A DNA stretch of 64,000 nucleotides. Source: Hemiscyllium ocellatum (taxonomy: Eukaryota). Of this stretch, positions 47,721 to 58,025 are shown piece by piece. The stretch's first letter is position 1; every line of letters begins with the position of its first letter. Location of the stretch: NCBI RefSeq assembly GCF_020745735.1, contig NW_026867473.1, positions 485,730-549,729 on the forward strand. The letters are read 5' to 3'. The position numbers were made by a program, and so were the translations under genes. Below the pieces are notes generated by a model. The model ran no database searches. It saw only the letters and a list, made by a program, of their open reading frames with translations, and had not been told where the DNA came from.

Positions 47721-50555
47721 CGGTAACATATGGAAAACTTGGTGCAGGGTCTGAACGGAGGATGACAATAACTGGCACCACTTCCTGTTGCCACGGGTCA
47801 CCATACTGCAGCAAAGCCGACCCTGTATGTTCGTGATCTCTCACCCGACAACTTTCTGGTTTGTCATTTACATGGTGTACATGCTGCAGTTGTTACAGTT
47901 CCTGCGCGATGCGTGGTGCATTCACCCATGTCCAGCCCATCTGAACTGATTACCTACTTTATATTCCTCCTGTTTTTCGGTTTGCCTCCTAAGGGAGTAA
48001 CCTGCGCATACGACAATCTGTTTTAATCACCTGTGGTGACAGTGGACATAGTTTGCCTTCCCCTATACGGTGTACTATTTCTCCCCTTTTAACTGTTGCC
48101 AATCCTTTGACCCCCTCTAGGGGGTCACCCTATTTTTTTCGGTAGAGCTCTTGGCCGGATATTTTTACTTTTCAACATTGGTTATTTCATGTCCATGACG
48201 ACGTTTTTGCGCCTGCAGCTGCTAGTGCAGATGCACAGCAAGTTATAACCGAGACTTGTACTATCTTGCATTTTCATCATTGTCCCGGAATTTATCTGCC
48301 CTGTATAGTGCTATTTCCCAATTGGCCGCAGCCTTTCCTACTGAATGTCTTCCACAGCCTGCGCACGTTTGCTTTTTACCTTTTTTCTGATTAAGAAATG
48401 CTACTACTTAGTATCTTTTTGCGTGACTGCTTTTCCGCAGTTACCTCTCCCAATACTGAATCAGTGGGGTGGTTGCATTTTTTCGCTTTTTTCTGACTCT
48501 TTCAAAATAAGACGAACAATTCCCCTACAGGATGATCTATTTCCCCCTGTTTCAATTGCCTTTTGTGGCAGCCAGTGGTCAGGGACCTTTCTTCTCTCTG
48601 ATTGGAGTTCACAAATTGCCCTGCACTCCTTTGTACAAGGTACTATTTCTTCCTTTATACGGAACCACTCTTTTTACCTCACACTGGGATCACTCTACTC
48701 TTTAGGTGACAGCTTCGTATAGATCCTTGGGCTGTGAGAAAGGTTAGGAGTTAGGCCTACCTTCACTTTTTTTCTCTCTCTCATTGTCTTGGTTGATATC
48801 TGGTTTTTCCAGTTCGGTTGCACAACTGGGTGGGGGGGGCAATCTTAGTGAATGCATTGGACATTTCGCACTGGCCCCCTCTTTCTTTTACTAGATGACT
48901 AAAGACTTCACATCCAGGAGTACTGGCATGGTGATGTCCGTTGAGTCTAATAGCAAGGAGCTTTTCAAGATCAGCTCACCCAATGGCTCCGCCTTCACAG
49001 GACTGTCCTAATGGCGGTTGTTAAATACAATGCTTTCATTTCCCATACTAGTAGGATGTTTTCTGGCTGATTTCACCAAATGTCACCCTGGGGATGGCAG
49101 GACACCTTTCACCACACTTCTGCAGCCCCATCTCCCTGGTTTAAATGTAATGTGGTATCATTACTTTTCAATCAAACCCCCCCCCCCATACGCTGGGCTC
49201 TGCACTCCTCAACAGATGCCTGCGCCTCCACCAACTCTGAGTACACGACAGCCTGCGTGTGATCTCCTACAAACGGGGAGGGACATATGGAATACATGCT
49301 GTAAGGTGACTTCCACTCATGAACCATGTAGCCGGTTTTCCGTGCGGCTGGTTGCACTACGTGACTGATGCCTCCCAATGGGAAGCCAGGCGAGTGGGGA
49401 TCTGGCGGTTATTCTCTCCAATCATGCACTACCACCTCTGAATGGGCTACGGGTGCAGGCGTACTAAATACTATCTCTCCGGTGCATGTCAGCGGTCTCA
49501 ACGTCTTTCTTTCGAGTTCATCCGATCGTGTCGCCCACGGTGGTGCGCTACGGTTTTGCTCTTGATGCTACTCAGTACTAGCTTTTCTCCTTTATGAACA
49601 ATGAATGTGGTCTGGTTGTCCAAAGAGTCCCTACTTATTTTGCCCATTTGACCTGGGGATAGGTGAATTGATCCTTTCATACAGTGGGGGGTTGAGATGT
49701 ACTGTGTGCCCAGGACTCGAACCACTGCTGTTTCAAACACACTATTGAGCCGGTTGCCACTGCCTGTGTCCGTTTTTGACGGCGATGAAACGGATGTCAG
49801 TATCTACAACTCAATGCAGTACGACTGGTTAGCCAATGACGGGTACGATCCCTCGGGTGAGGGACAACCTAAGACAGGCACAGTCGCGCTTTGACATCGG
49901 AACTGGTGGCCCACGTTCGTCATGATTTAATAAGTTCTCTGGCCTCTGTCTTCCATGTCGGACGTCTGGACGGAGCTGCTGGCCTGTGGAGCATTCTGAT
50001 CTGCGGGAACACCGGTGCACAGTACACTTTCTCACCGGGTTTCCGCTCGCTAGCACATACCTAACTGCTGCTAGTGTTCTAATTCACAATTCACAGAACA
50101 TGTTTACACTTGGGTGCTCTTTGGACTACAGACCTGCGTTCTGCAGACATCTTACTTATTTCAATTCCTCCACTCCAAATCTCTTAAGACTGTTATGTAC
50201 TCGCGTACAGTGCTCTGTTTGTCTTTTTGCCATGTTTTTGCCATGCTTGATTAATTCTGTGCTTTTGTCCTTTCCGCAGAAGTCTGCCGGAGTTGTTTTA
50301 TCTATTAACTTAGATTTGCATGTAGTTTTAATTATCTATTTGTAAATTGTGTTGCGGCGTGTTGCGCAGGGCACCCTTCATCCCAACATAACTGTCTCCC
50401 TAGAACCGGTGATTCTGGTCAAGACAACGTGCTCGGGTATGACAAAGGGACGTCTGTGGGGGCGTCTGCCGGCACACCAGATCCCGGTCACCTCGTGGTG
50501 TTGCGTTTCTTACGGCATGGGATGGTGTGGCCTCAGTAGAGGCCAAGGGAGGGAA

Positions 50556-51223
50556 TGTTGGGGTAGTTGTACTAGTGGGGTGGGCACACTGGATCTAGGG
50601 AGGGAAAAAACTATAACTGTAACAAGTGCTTCTAATACCGGGCCTGAAATGGTTAAACTATCATGATTATTGAACTGGAAACTGCTGGCCTGGCCTCCTA
50701 ATCTGATCAGAGGCTAGCTGATAGACAGCCTGTTAATTGTACCTCTGGAATTTGTAACTGGTAGACATTGCTAATTGGATTAGTTGAGCTGTCGATTGAA
50801 CCATCGAAACTACTCACTTAAATGGTAATGAACTATTGTTTCTGGTAAACCACTAATTGAATAAGCAGGACCAGTGGCCCCACAATGTCTACGGGACTGG
50901 TCGCTCCGAGGCAAACGGACAGACAGTTCAAACCATCCAACCAGAGAGCGGAACGCTTTGCCCGGGAACGAGTAGCCAACAGGAAGGTCAGACGTGGACA
51001 CCTGACCTGGAGCACTGGCCAGCGAGGGGTATAACTGGGGTGAAGTTGAGCAGAGGGGCAGAACGCCTTCTCCAACGAATTGCATGCTGTAGAATTCGTT
51101 GTATAGTTTGCCAGTCGTGATTCTGTAAAATAAACGGTGCTCTGCCTCAAACTAAAGAAGCTGGTGCGGTCTCTCCTTCCAAAGAACTCGCAAAGACCGG
51201 AATCCCGAGATTCCGGCCTAACA
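50556..51223 (+). repeat. 3' LTR (668 bp)
   Basis: Differs from the 5' LTR by 7 substitutions and one 8-bp indel in my hand alignment; preceded by the PPT aagggagggaa (50545-50555). Confidence 0.97.
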
Positions 51224-53220
51224 CCTCCCAACTTCTCATCATTGCACTGACCAATAAACGAAAGCATACCAAATGTTTTCTTCACTATCCTGTCAACCTG
51301 CAACTCCACTTTCAAGGAACTATGAACCTGCACTCCAAGGTCTATTTGTTTAGGGACACACTCCAGCACTTTACCATTAAGTGTATAAGTCCTGCTCTGA
51401 TTTGCCTTTCCAAAACACACTACCTCCATTTATCTAAACTCCGTCTGCCATTCCTCAGCCTATTGGCCCATTTGATCAAAGTCCCACTTTACTCTGAGGT
51501 GACTTTGTTCACTATCCACTGCACCTACAAATTTGTAGTTATTGTAAACTGACTGAACACATCTCCTATATTCACATCCAAATCATTTATATAAATGACA
51601 AAAGGTAGTGGACCCAACACCAATCCCTGTGGCGCACTGCTCATCACAGGCCTCCAGTCTGAAAAACAACCCTCCACTACCTCTGTCTTCCACCTTCAAG
51701 ACAGTTCTGTATCCAAATGGCTTCTTCCTGTATTCCATGTGAACTCACTGTGCTAACCAGGAGGAACCTTGTCAAACACCTTACTGAAGTTCATATAGAA
51801 CATGTCCACTGCTCTGTACTGAGTGATCCTCTTCATTACTTCTTAAATAACTCAATCAAATAGGTAAGATATGATTTTCCACACACAAAGCCATATTGAC
51901 TATCCCTAATCAGTCCTTGCCTTTCCAAACATATGTAAATCCTGTCCTTCAGGATTCCTTCCAGCAACTCGCTCACCTCCAATGTCAGGCTTATTGGTCT
52001 ATAGTTTCCCAGCTTTTCCTTACCACCTTTCTTAAATACTAACACCACATTAGACAGTCTTCCGGCACCTCACCTGGAGCTTTGATGATACATTTATCTC
52101 AACAAGGGGCCCAGCAATCACTTCGCTAGATTCTCACAGACGTCTAGGGTACACTTGACCAGGTCCTGGAGAGTTGTCCACTTTTAAGGATTTTAAGTCA
52201 TCTAGCACTTCCTCCTCTGTAATATGGACATGTTTCAAGATATTCGACGTTTCGGGCATAAAGCCCTTCTTCAGGAATGAGCCCTGAAGAAGGGTTTATG
52301 CCCGAAACGTCGAATCTCCTGTTCCTTGGATGCTGCCTGACCTGCTGGCTTTTCAAGCAACACATTTTCAGCTCTGATCTCCAGCATCTGCAGACCTCAC
52401 TTTCTCCTCCATGTTTCAAGATATCACTAGTTATTTCCCATGTTCTATATTTTCCATGTTCCTTTTCACAGTAAACACTGATGCTAAACATTAATTTATT
52501 ATCTCCCCCTTCTCTCGTGGTTCCCCACATAGGCTGTCTTGCTGAGCTTTGAGGAGCCCTATTGTCTCCCTGGTTACCCTTTTGTGCTTAATATATTTGT
52601 AAAGCCCCTTTGGATTTTCCTTAACCCTATTTGCCAAAGCTATCTCATGTTCCCTTTATGTCCTCCTGATTTTCCTCTTAAATATAATTCTATAAGCCGT
52701 TATGCTCTTCTAAGGACTCACCCGATCTCTGCCGTTTATGTCTGATATCTGCTTCCTTCTTTTTCTTGACTAGAACCTCTATTTCTCGAGTCATTTAGCA
52801 TTTCCTCCACCTACCACCTTGCCCTACACCCTCACAGGAACATACCTTCTCTGGAGTTCCATTATTTCATTTTTGAAGGCATCCTATTTTCCAGCCATCC
52901 CTTTACCTGCAAACATCTGTCCCAACCCAAACAACTTTTGAAAGTTCTTGCCTAATACCATCAAAATTGGCCTTCCTCCAATTTAGAACTTTAATCTTTA
53001 GATCAGGTCAGTGCTTTTCCATCACTATTTTAAAACTAATAGAATTATGCTCATTTGCCCCAAAGTGCTCCCCTACTGACACCACAGTCATCTCAGAATG
53101 CCTTATTTCCCAAAAAGACATCATGTTTTACACCTTCTCTACTCGGTATATCCACACACTGAATCAGAAAATTTTCTTGTGCACACTTAAGAATTTCCTT
53201 TCCATCCAAGCCCATACTGT
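51224..53220 (-). mobile_element. CR1 LINE fragment (RT to endonuclease), continuation of 41270-41840
   Basis: ORF 51836-52048 (minus): FKKGGKEKLGNYRPISLT...SQYGFVCGKSYLTYLIELF; split by the provirus and by a Penelope-like insert. Confidence 0.8.
52244..52409. mobile_element. Short Penelope-like insertion with two opposed hammerhead cores
   Basis: 15-bp TSD CATGTTTCAAGATAT (52229-52243, 52410-52424); cores at 52246-52274 (minus) and 52284-52311 (plus). Confidence 0.8.
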
Positions 53221-55860
53221 TCAATTTATCAAATGTACATTATTCTAAGGCATTGGTTTTCACATTCAAAACCCAGACTACAATTTACCCACTTATGATA
53301 GACCCATTTGATTTGAGTTCCATTGAATCCAGAGAACACGTAGACATCTACTCTTCCATATAGACAATGAAACTTGTTCTGATCCCCAACTGATGGTAAT
53401 ACTGGACCAGAATCAAACCTGGCTTGATGGATCATAGGTTTAATTTTCTGTTGCTAAGTTAGTTAATGTGGTGGTTAGTCACTGAGGCAGATTTGATCCG
53501 ACTGGATTTATCCATTCCTTTTTGGGAAGGACATACTATATGGTCACTGTTAGTGTCAGGGTCAATACTATAGATGAATAGGGTCAACAGCTTCACTTCA
53601 ATACCTGAGGGCAGACTTGATAACATATGAAGATTATGCCATGATCTTGAGAACTGCTAACATTTTTAGAGGTGCAAGGGTCTTAATTGAAATGTAAAGG
53701 TAGTGAGGATTGAGTAGATGGTGATAATCCTGTCATCAAACAGTTTGGATCAGGTGAGAGTTGGTGACAGCCTGTTTGAGTGCTCATACTGTCCCTTGGT
53801 TGGCTGTTGGTTCAGAGCCATCATCAGCTGACGATCACCAGGTGATGGTCAGAATACCCGTGTGCAGCATGATGCACCGAATGGCCTCCTGCTGCATTAT
53901 GCCAATTCTGTGATTCTGTTTTCCTCATTGTTTGGGTGTACACGTGTTTCAACACCGTATCAAAATTGAGATTGGGAATTCAGTAACAATCAATCACAAT
54001 ATCTGAACATGTTCCATTGTTTTAACTCACTGTGTTCTGTTGTACTGTGTAGTTTCTCCCCCATACCCACTCAAGCTCACTTCACTCTCATTGACAAGAC
54101 CCATCCCGGCTATTCAACTTGGAAAAGAATGATTTGCATTGATAGAATATCTGTCACAATGATAGGTCTTTTCAAACTGCTTTATGGTCAATGAATCCCT
54201 CCAACGTATAGTTGCAGTAGGAAATGTGACATTGAGTGTTCACAAACACAATGGGGTAATGACCAAATCACCAGTTTCTGCATTAATACCTGGGAGTAAA
54301 TATTGAACAGAACTCCGGGATGACATCCCCACTCTTCATCCCAGGCTGTAAAAGGAACAGGATGTGAACATAGGAGATGGCTCATTGTGAACTTCCAGTC
54401 TTCACTTGATTCAGGGAGGATGCTACAGAATCAGACATTTCCAATCCTTGCTCAAAAAGATGTGAGCTCAGTCCTCGTAATGGTAGGCCAGTCAGTTTAA
54501 TGTCAGTGAGGAGGCAGGTTTTGTAAGTAATAATCTGGGCAAAAATTGATAAACACTGGGATATTTCTAGTTCATCACAGAGCCAAGACACATTGTAAAA
54601 GGCGGCTTGTGCTTCACTAATTTAATGGAATTTTTGGATGAAGTAACAGTGAAGGTTGATGAAGGGAATATGTTGGATGCTGTTTTGGAAAACATTTGAC
54701 AAAAATGCCACATAAAAGGCTCCTGACAATGTTGAAGTTCATAAAGTAGGACAGTCGGTATTAGTTTGGATGAAATCATTGGCTACAGGACTGAACAGCA
54801 ATATTACATCTTTCCTGTTGTTCATTGACCATAACTATGTTCCGTACTCCAGCTGTAGCCTAATCTATCAATAAAACTCCAATGCTTCAGCTAGTAAGAA
54901 AATGTATGATTTTGTGACCACTGTATAATCCTCCCACTCACCTTCAAGGAATTGTGGACATTCACTCCAAGGTCCTGTCTTTCATTATGTCGCTCTCTGT
55001 TCCCAGTTCAGTGTATTGTCACACTGTCTGTCTCCCTGTGTTCACCGGTCAGTGTATTATCTCTCCATCTTTCTTTCTTCCCAGTTGTGTGTTCTCTGCT
55101 TGTCTCTCACTTTTTCCAGTTGTCTCTGTTTTTCTCTCTTTCTGTTCCCAGTTCAGTATGTTGTATCTCTGTCTTTCACTATTGCCAGTTCAGTGTATTA
55201 TCACACTTTCTGTCCTCTCTATTCTCAGTTCAGTGTTTTATCTCTCTGTTTCTCTCTATTTTTAGTTGTATGCTCTCTATTTCTCTCTTTCTCCACTCCC
55301 AGTTCAGTGTTTTGTCAGTTTATCTTACTGTATTATCAGTTCAATGTGTTGTCTCTTTGTCTTTCTCCATTTCCAATTCACTGTGGGTGTCTCTCAATCT
55401 CTATTCCCAGTTCAGGGTGTTCTCTATCTCTCTCTATTGCCAGTGCTGTCACTCCCTGTTCCAGTTCAGTGTGTTGTCTCTCTGTCTCTCTTAACTCCAA
55501 GTTGTGTGTTCTCAATTTGTCTCTCACCTCTCCCAGTTCAATGCATTCTCTGTTCTCTCTCTCCATTCCCAGTTCATTGTGATGTTAGCTTATCTCCTTC
55601 TATTGCCAGTTCAATATGTTATCATTTTTTGTCAATGTTGTCTGTCTATCTCTCACTATTCCCAATTCAGTGTCTTGTTACCCTGTTTCCTTCTTTTCCC
55701 AGTTCAGAGTGTTGTATCTCTGTTGCTATTGCCAGTTCTGTGGTGTTACTCCATTCTCTCTCTGCATTCCCAATGCAGTGAGATGTCTCTCTGTCTCCCA
55801 TTTTCAAGTTCATTGTGTTGCCACTCTGTCTCTCTCTAATCCCAAATCACTGTCTCTCAT

Positions 55861-55932
55861 TACCTGGTGGTCTAGTGGTTAGGATTCGGTGCTTTCACCA
55901 TCGTGGCCTGGGTTCGATTCCCAGTCAGGGAA
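55861..55932 (+). tRNA. tRNA-Glu(TTC), probably a CpG-eroded pseudogene
   Basis: TACCTGGTGGTCTAGTGGTTAGGATTCGGTGCTTTCACCATCGTGGCCTGGGTTCGATTCCCAGTCAGGGAA, 72 nt; anticodon TTC at 55894-55896; intact A and B boxes; no encoded CCA; a T-run terminator follows at ~55946-55955. A2:G mismatch in the acceptor stem. Confidence 0.85.
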
Positions 55933-55955
55933 CGAGTGCGTTTAATTTTTTTTTT

Positions 55956-56225
55956 GGGTGGCACGGTAGCTCAGTAGTTAGCACCGCTGCCTCACAGCGT
56001 CAGAGACCCGGGTTCAATTCCCGCCTCAGACAACTGTCCCTGTGTCAGCGTGGGTTTCCTCCGGGTGCTCCGGTTTTCTCCCACAATAGGTGAATTGGCC
56101 TGTAGTGTTAGGTGAAGGGGTAAATGTAGGGGAATGGTTCTGGGTTGGTTGCTCTTCAGAGGGTCGGTGTGGACTTGTTGGGCTGAAGGGCCAGTTTTCA
56201 CACTGTTAGTAATGTAATCTAATCA
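55956..56225 (+). mobile_element. HE1-type SINE with internal deletions
   Basis: gggtggcacggtagctcagtagttagcaccgctgcctcacagcg...ggacttgttgggctgaagggccagttttcacactgt...atctaatc. Confidence 0.85.
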
Positions 56226-56399
56226 TTACGTCTCTATTTCCAATTCAGTGTGTTGTCTCTTTCTGTCTCTAATCCCAGTTCACTGTCTTGTCACTGTCTC
56301 TCCCCATTCCCAAGGCAATATCTTGTCACTCTTTCTCCCCATTCCCAGTTTAATTTGCTCCCTCACGATCTATTTCTACTGCCAGTTCATTCTGATGTC

Positions 56400-58025
56400 C
56401 ATCATTGTCCATCCTTAATTGTGCAAAGGACAGTTAAGAGTCACTTTGCTGGTGACATAAAGGTGGGTAGGAAAATGTGTTGTGAAGACAAAACATGTGG
56501 CAAATGGAGAACAATGTGGCAAAGTGTGAAATGGTGCATTTTGGCAGAAAGAATAATAAGGCAACATATTACTGCAATACTATGGCTGAAGAGCTCAGGG
56601 ATGGAGAGGAATCTGGGTGTCTTCAGATACAAATCACAGAAAGGTATAGCAAGTAATCAGGAAGGCTAATTGTGTTACATTTTATTGTGAGAGGAATTGA
56701 AAGCAAGAGTGTGAAGGCCCTGCTTCACTTACCCAGGATGTGGGTAAGGCCTCATGTGGAGTGCTGTGTACAGTACCGGTCACCGTACTTACGTTAATGT
56801 GTTGAAAGAGGAACAGGTTTACTAGGCTAATACTCTGAAGGAGCGGATTGTTCCTTATATTTTTCTCGGGATTTACTCAATACCTGCTCTTAATACCTGA
56901 CATCTGCTTCCTTCTTTATCTTGACCAGAAACATACTTACTCTAGTTATCAGCATTCCTTACACCTACCAGCCTTGCCCTTCAACCGAGTAGGAACATTC
57001 AGTATATTAGACTCCCATTATCTCATTTTGAAAGTTTGACATTGTCCAGCCGTGCCTTTACCTGCGAGTATCTACCCACAATCAACTTCTGAAAGTTCTT
57101 GTATAATACCATCAAAATATGCCTTCCTTCAATTTTGAATGTTCACTTTTAGATCTGGTCTATCCTTTTACATCATTATTTTACAACTTACAGAATGATG
57201 TTCGCTCCCCCATTGATACCTAATTCACTTGCCCTGCCTTATCCCGAAAAGAAGGTCACGTTTTGCACCTTCTCTAGTAGGTATATCTACATACTGAATC
57301 AGAAACATTTCTTGCACACACTTAACAAATTCCTCTCCATCCATGCCCTTAGCAGTATGGTAGTCCCAGTCAATGCTTGGAAAGTTAAAATTCCCTACCA
57401 TAACCACCCTATTATTCTTACAGATAACAGATATCTCCTTACAGATTTGTTTCTCAATTTCCTGCTGACTATTGGGGTGTAAGGGCTCTATTGTACAATC
57501 CCAATAAGGTGATCATTCTTTTCTCATTTCTCAGTTCTACCTAAATAACTTTCCTGTGTGCATTCCTAGGAATATCCTCCCGAAGTACAGCAGTAATGTT
57601 ATTCCTAATCAAAAACGTCACTCCCCACCTCTCTTGCCCCTTTCTATCCTTCCTATAGCATCTATAAACTGGAATATGAAGCTGCCAGTCATGTCCTTCC
57701 CTGAGCCCCATCTCTATAATTGCTGTGATATCCCAATCCCTTTTTCCCAACCACGCCGAGTTCATCCGCCTTCCCTGTTATACCTCTTGCATTGAAACAA
57801 ATGCAGCTTAATTTATCAGTCCTACCTCATTCTCTGCTTTGTTCCTGCCTACCCTATTTGATTTGCTCCTTTCCCCAATTGTACCAGTCTCAGACTGATC
57901 TCTTTTCTGACTATCTCCCGAGGTCTTCCCCCGACAGCCCCCTCATACCCCACCTCTGCACCCTTTCCCACCCTGCACTAGTTTAAATTCTCCTGAGCAG
58001 CTCGAGGAAATCTCCCTGCCAGTAT
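56400..58025. mobile_element. CR1 fragments (RT piece on +, 56400-56850; endonuclease/ORF1 piece on -, 56880-58025)
   Basis: KSHFAGDIKVG (FADDTK-like); minus-strand ORF 57225-57407 VMVGNFNFPSIDWDY...CVQEMFLIQYVDIPTREGAKRDLL. Confidence 0.7.

Larger units (their letters stand above)
41841..51223 (+). mobile_element. Full-length LTR provirus (class I ERV-derived, non-coding interior)
   Basis: Paired LTRs, 4-bp TSD CCTC (41837-41840, 51224-51227), PBS, PPT and fossil RT/IN motifs. It interrupts a CR1 fragment that rejoins across the TSD. Confidence 0.95.
54950..56400. repeat. Degenerate CT-rich satellite with a CCAGTTCAGTG motif every ~35-40 nt
   Basis: Motif recurs at about 55003, 55147, 55185, 55298, 55406, 55461, 55532, 55568, 55606, 55698, 55731, and again after the SINE at 56240-56390. 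Confidence 0.8.

Noticed and set aside
54952-55882. Overlapping 100-190-aa ORFs rich in S/L/F/C/V
   Set aside because: Artefacts of a CT-rich, stop-poor satellite; open in all three frames.
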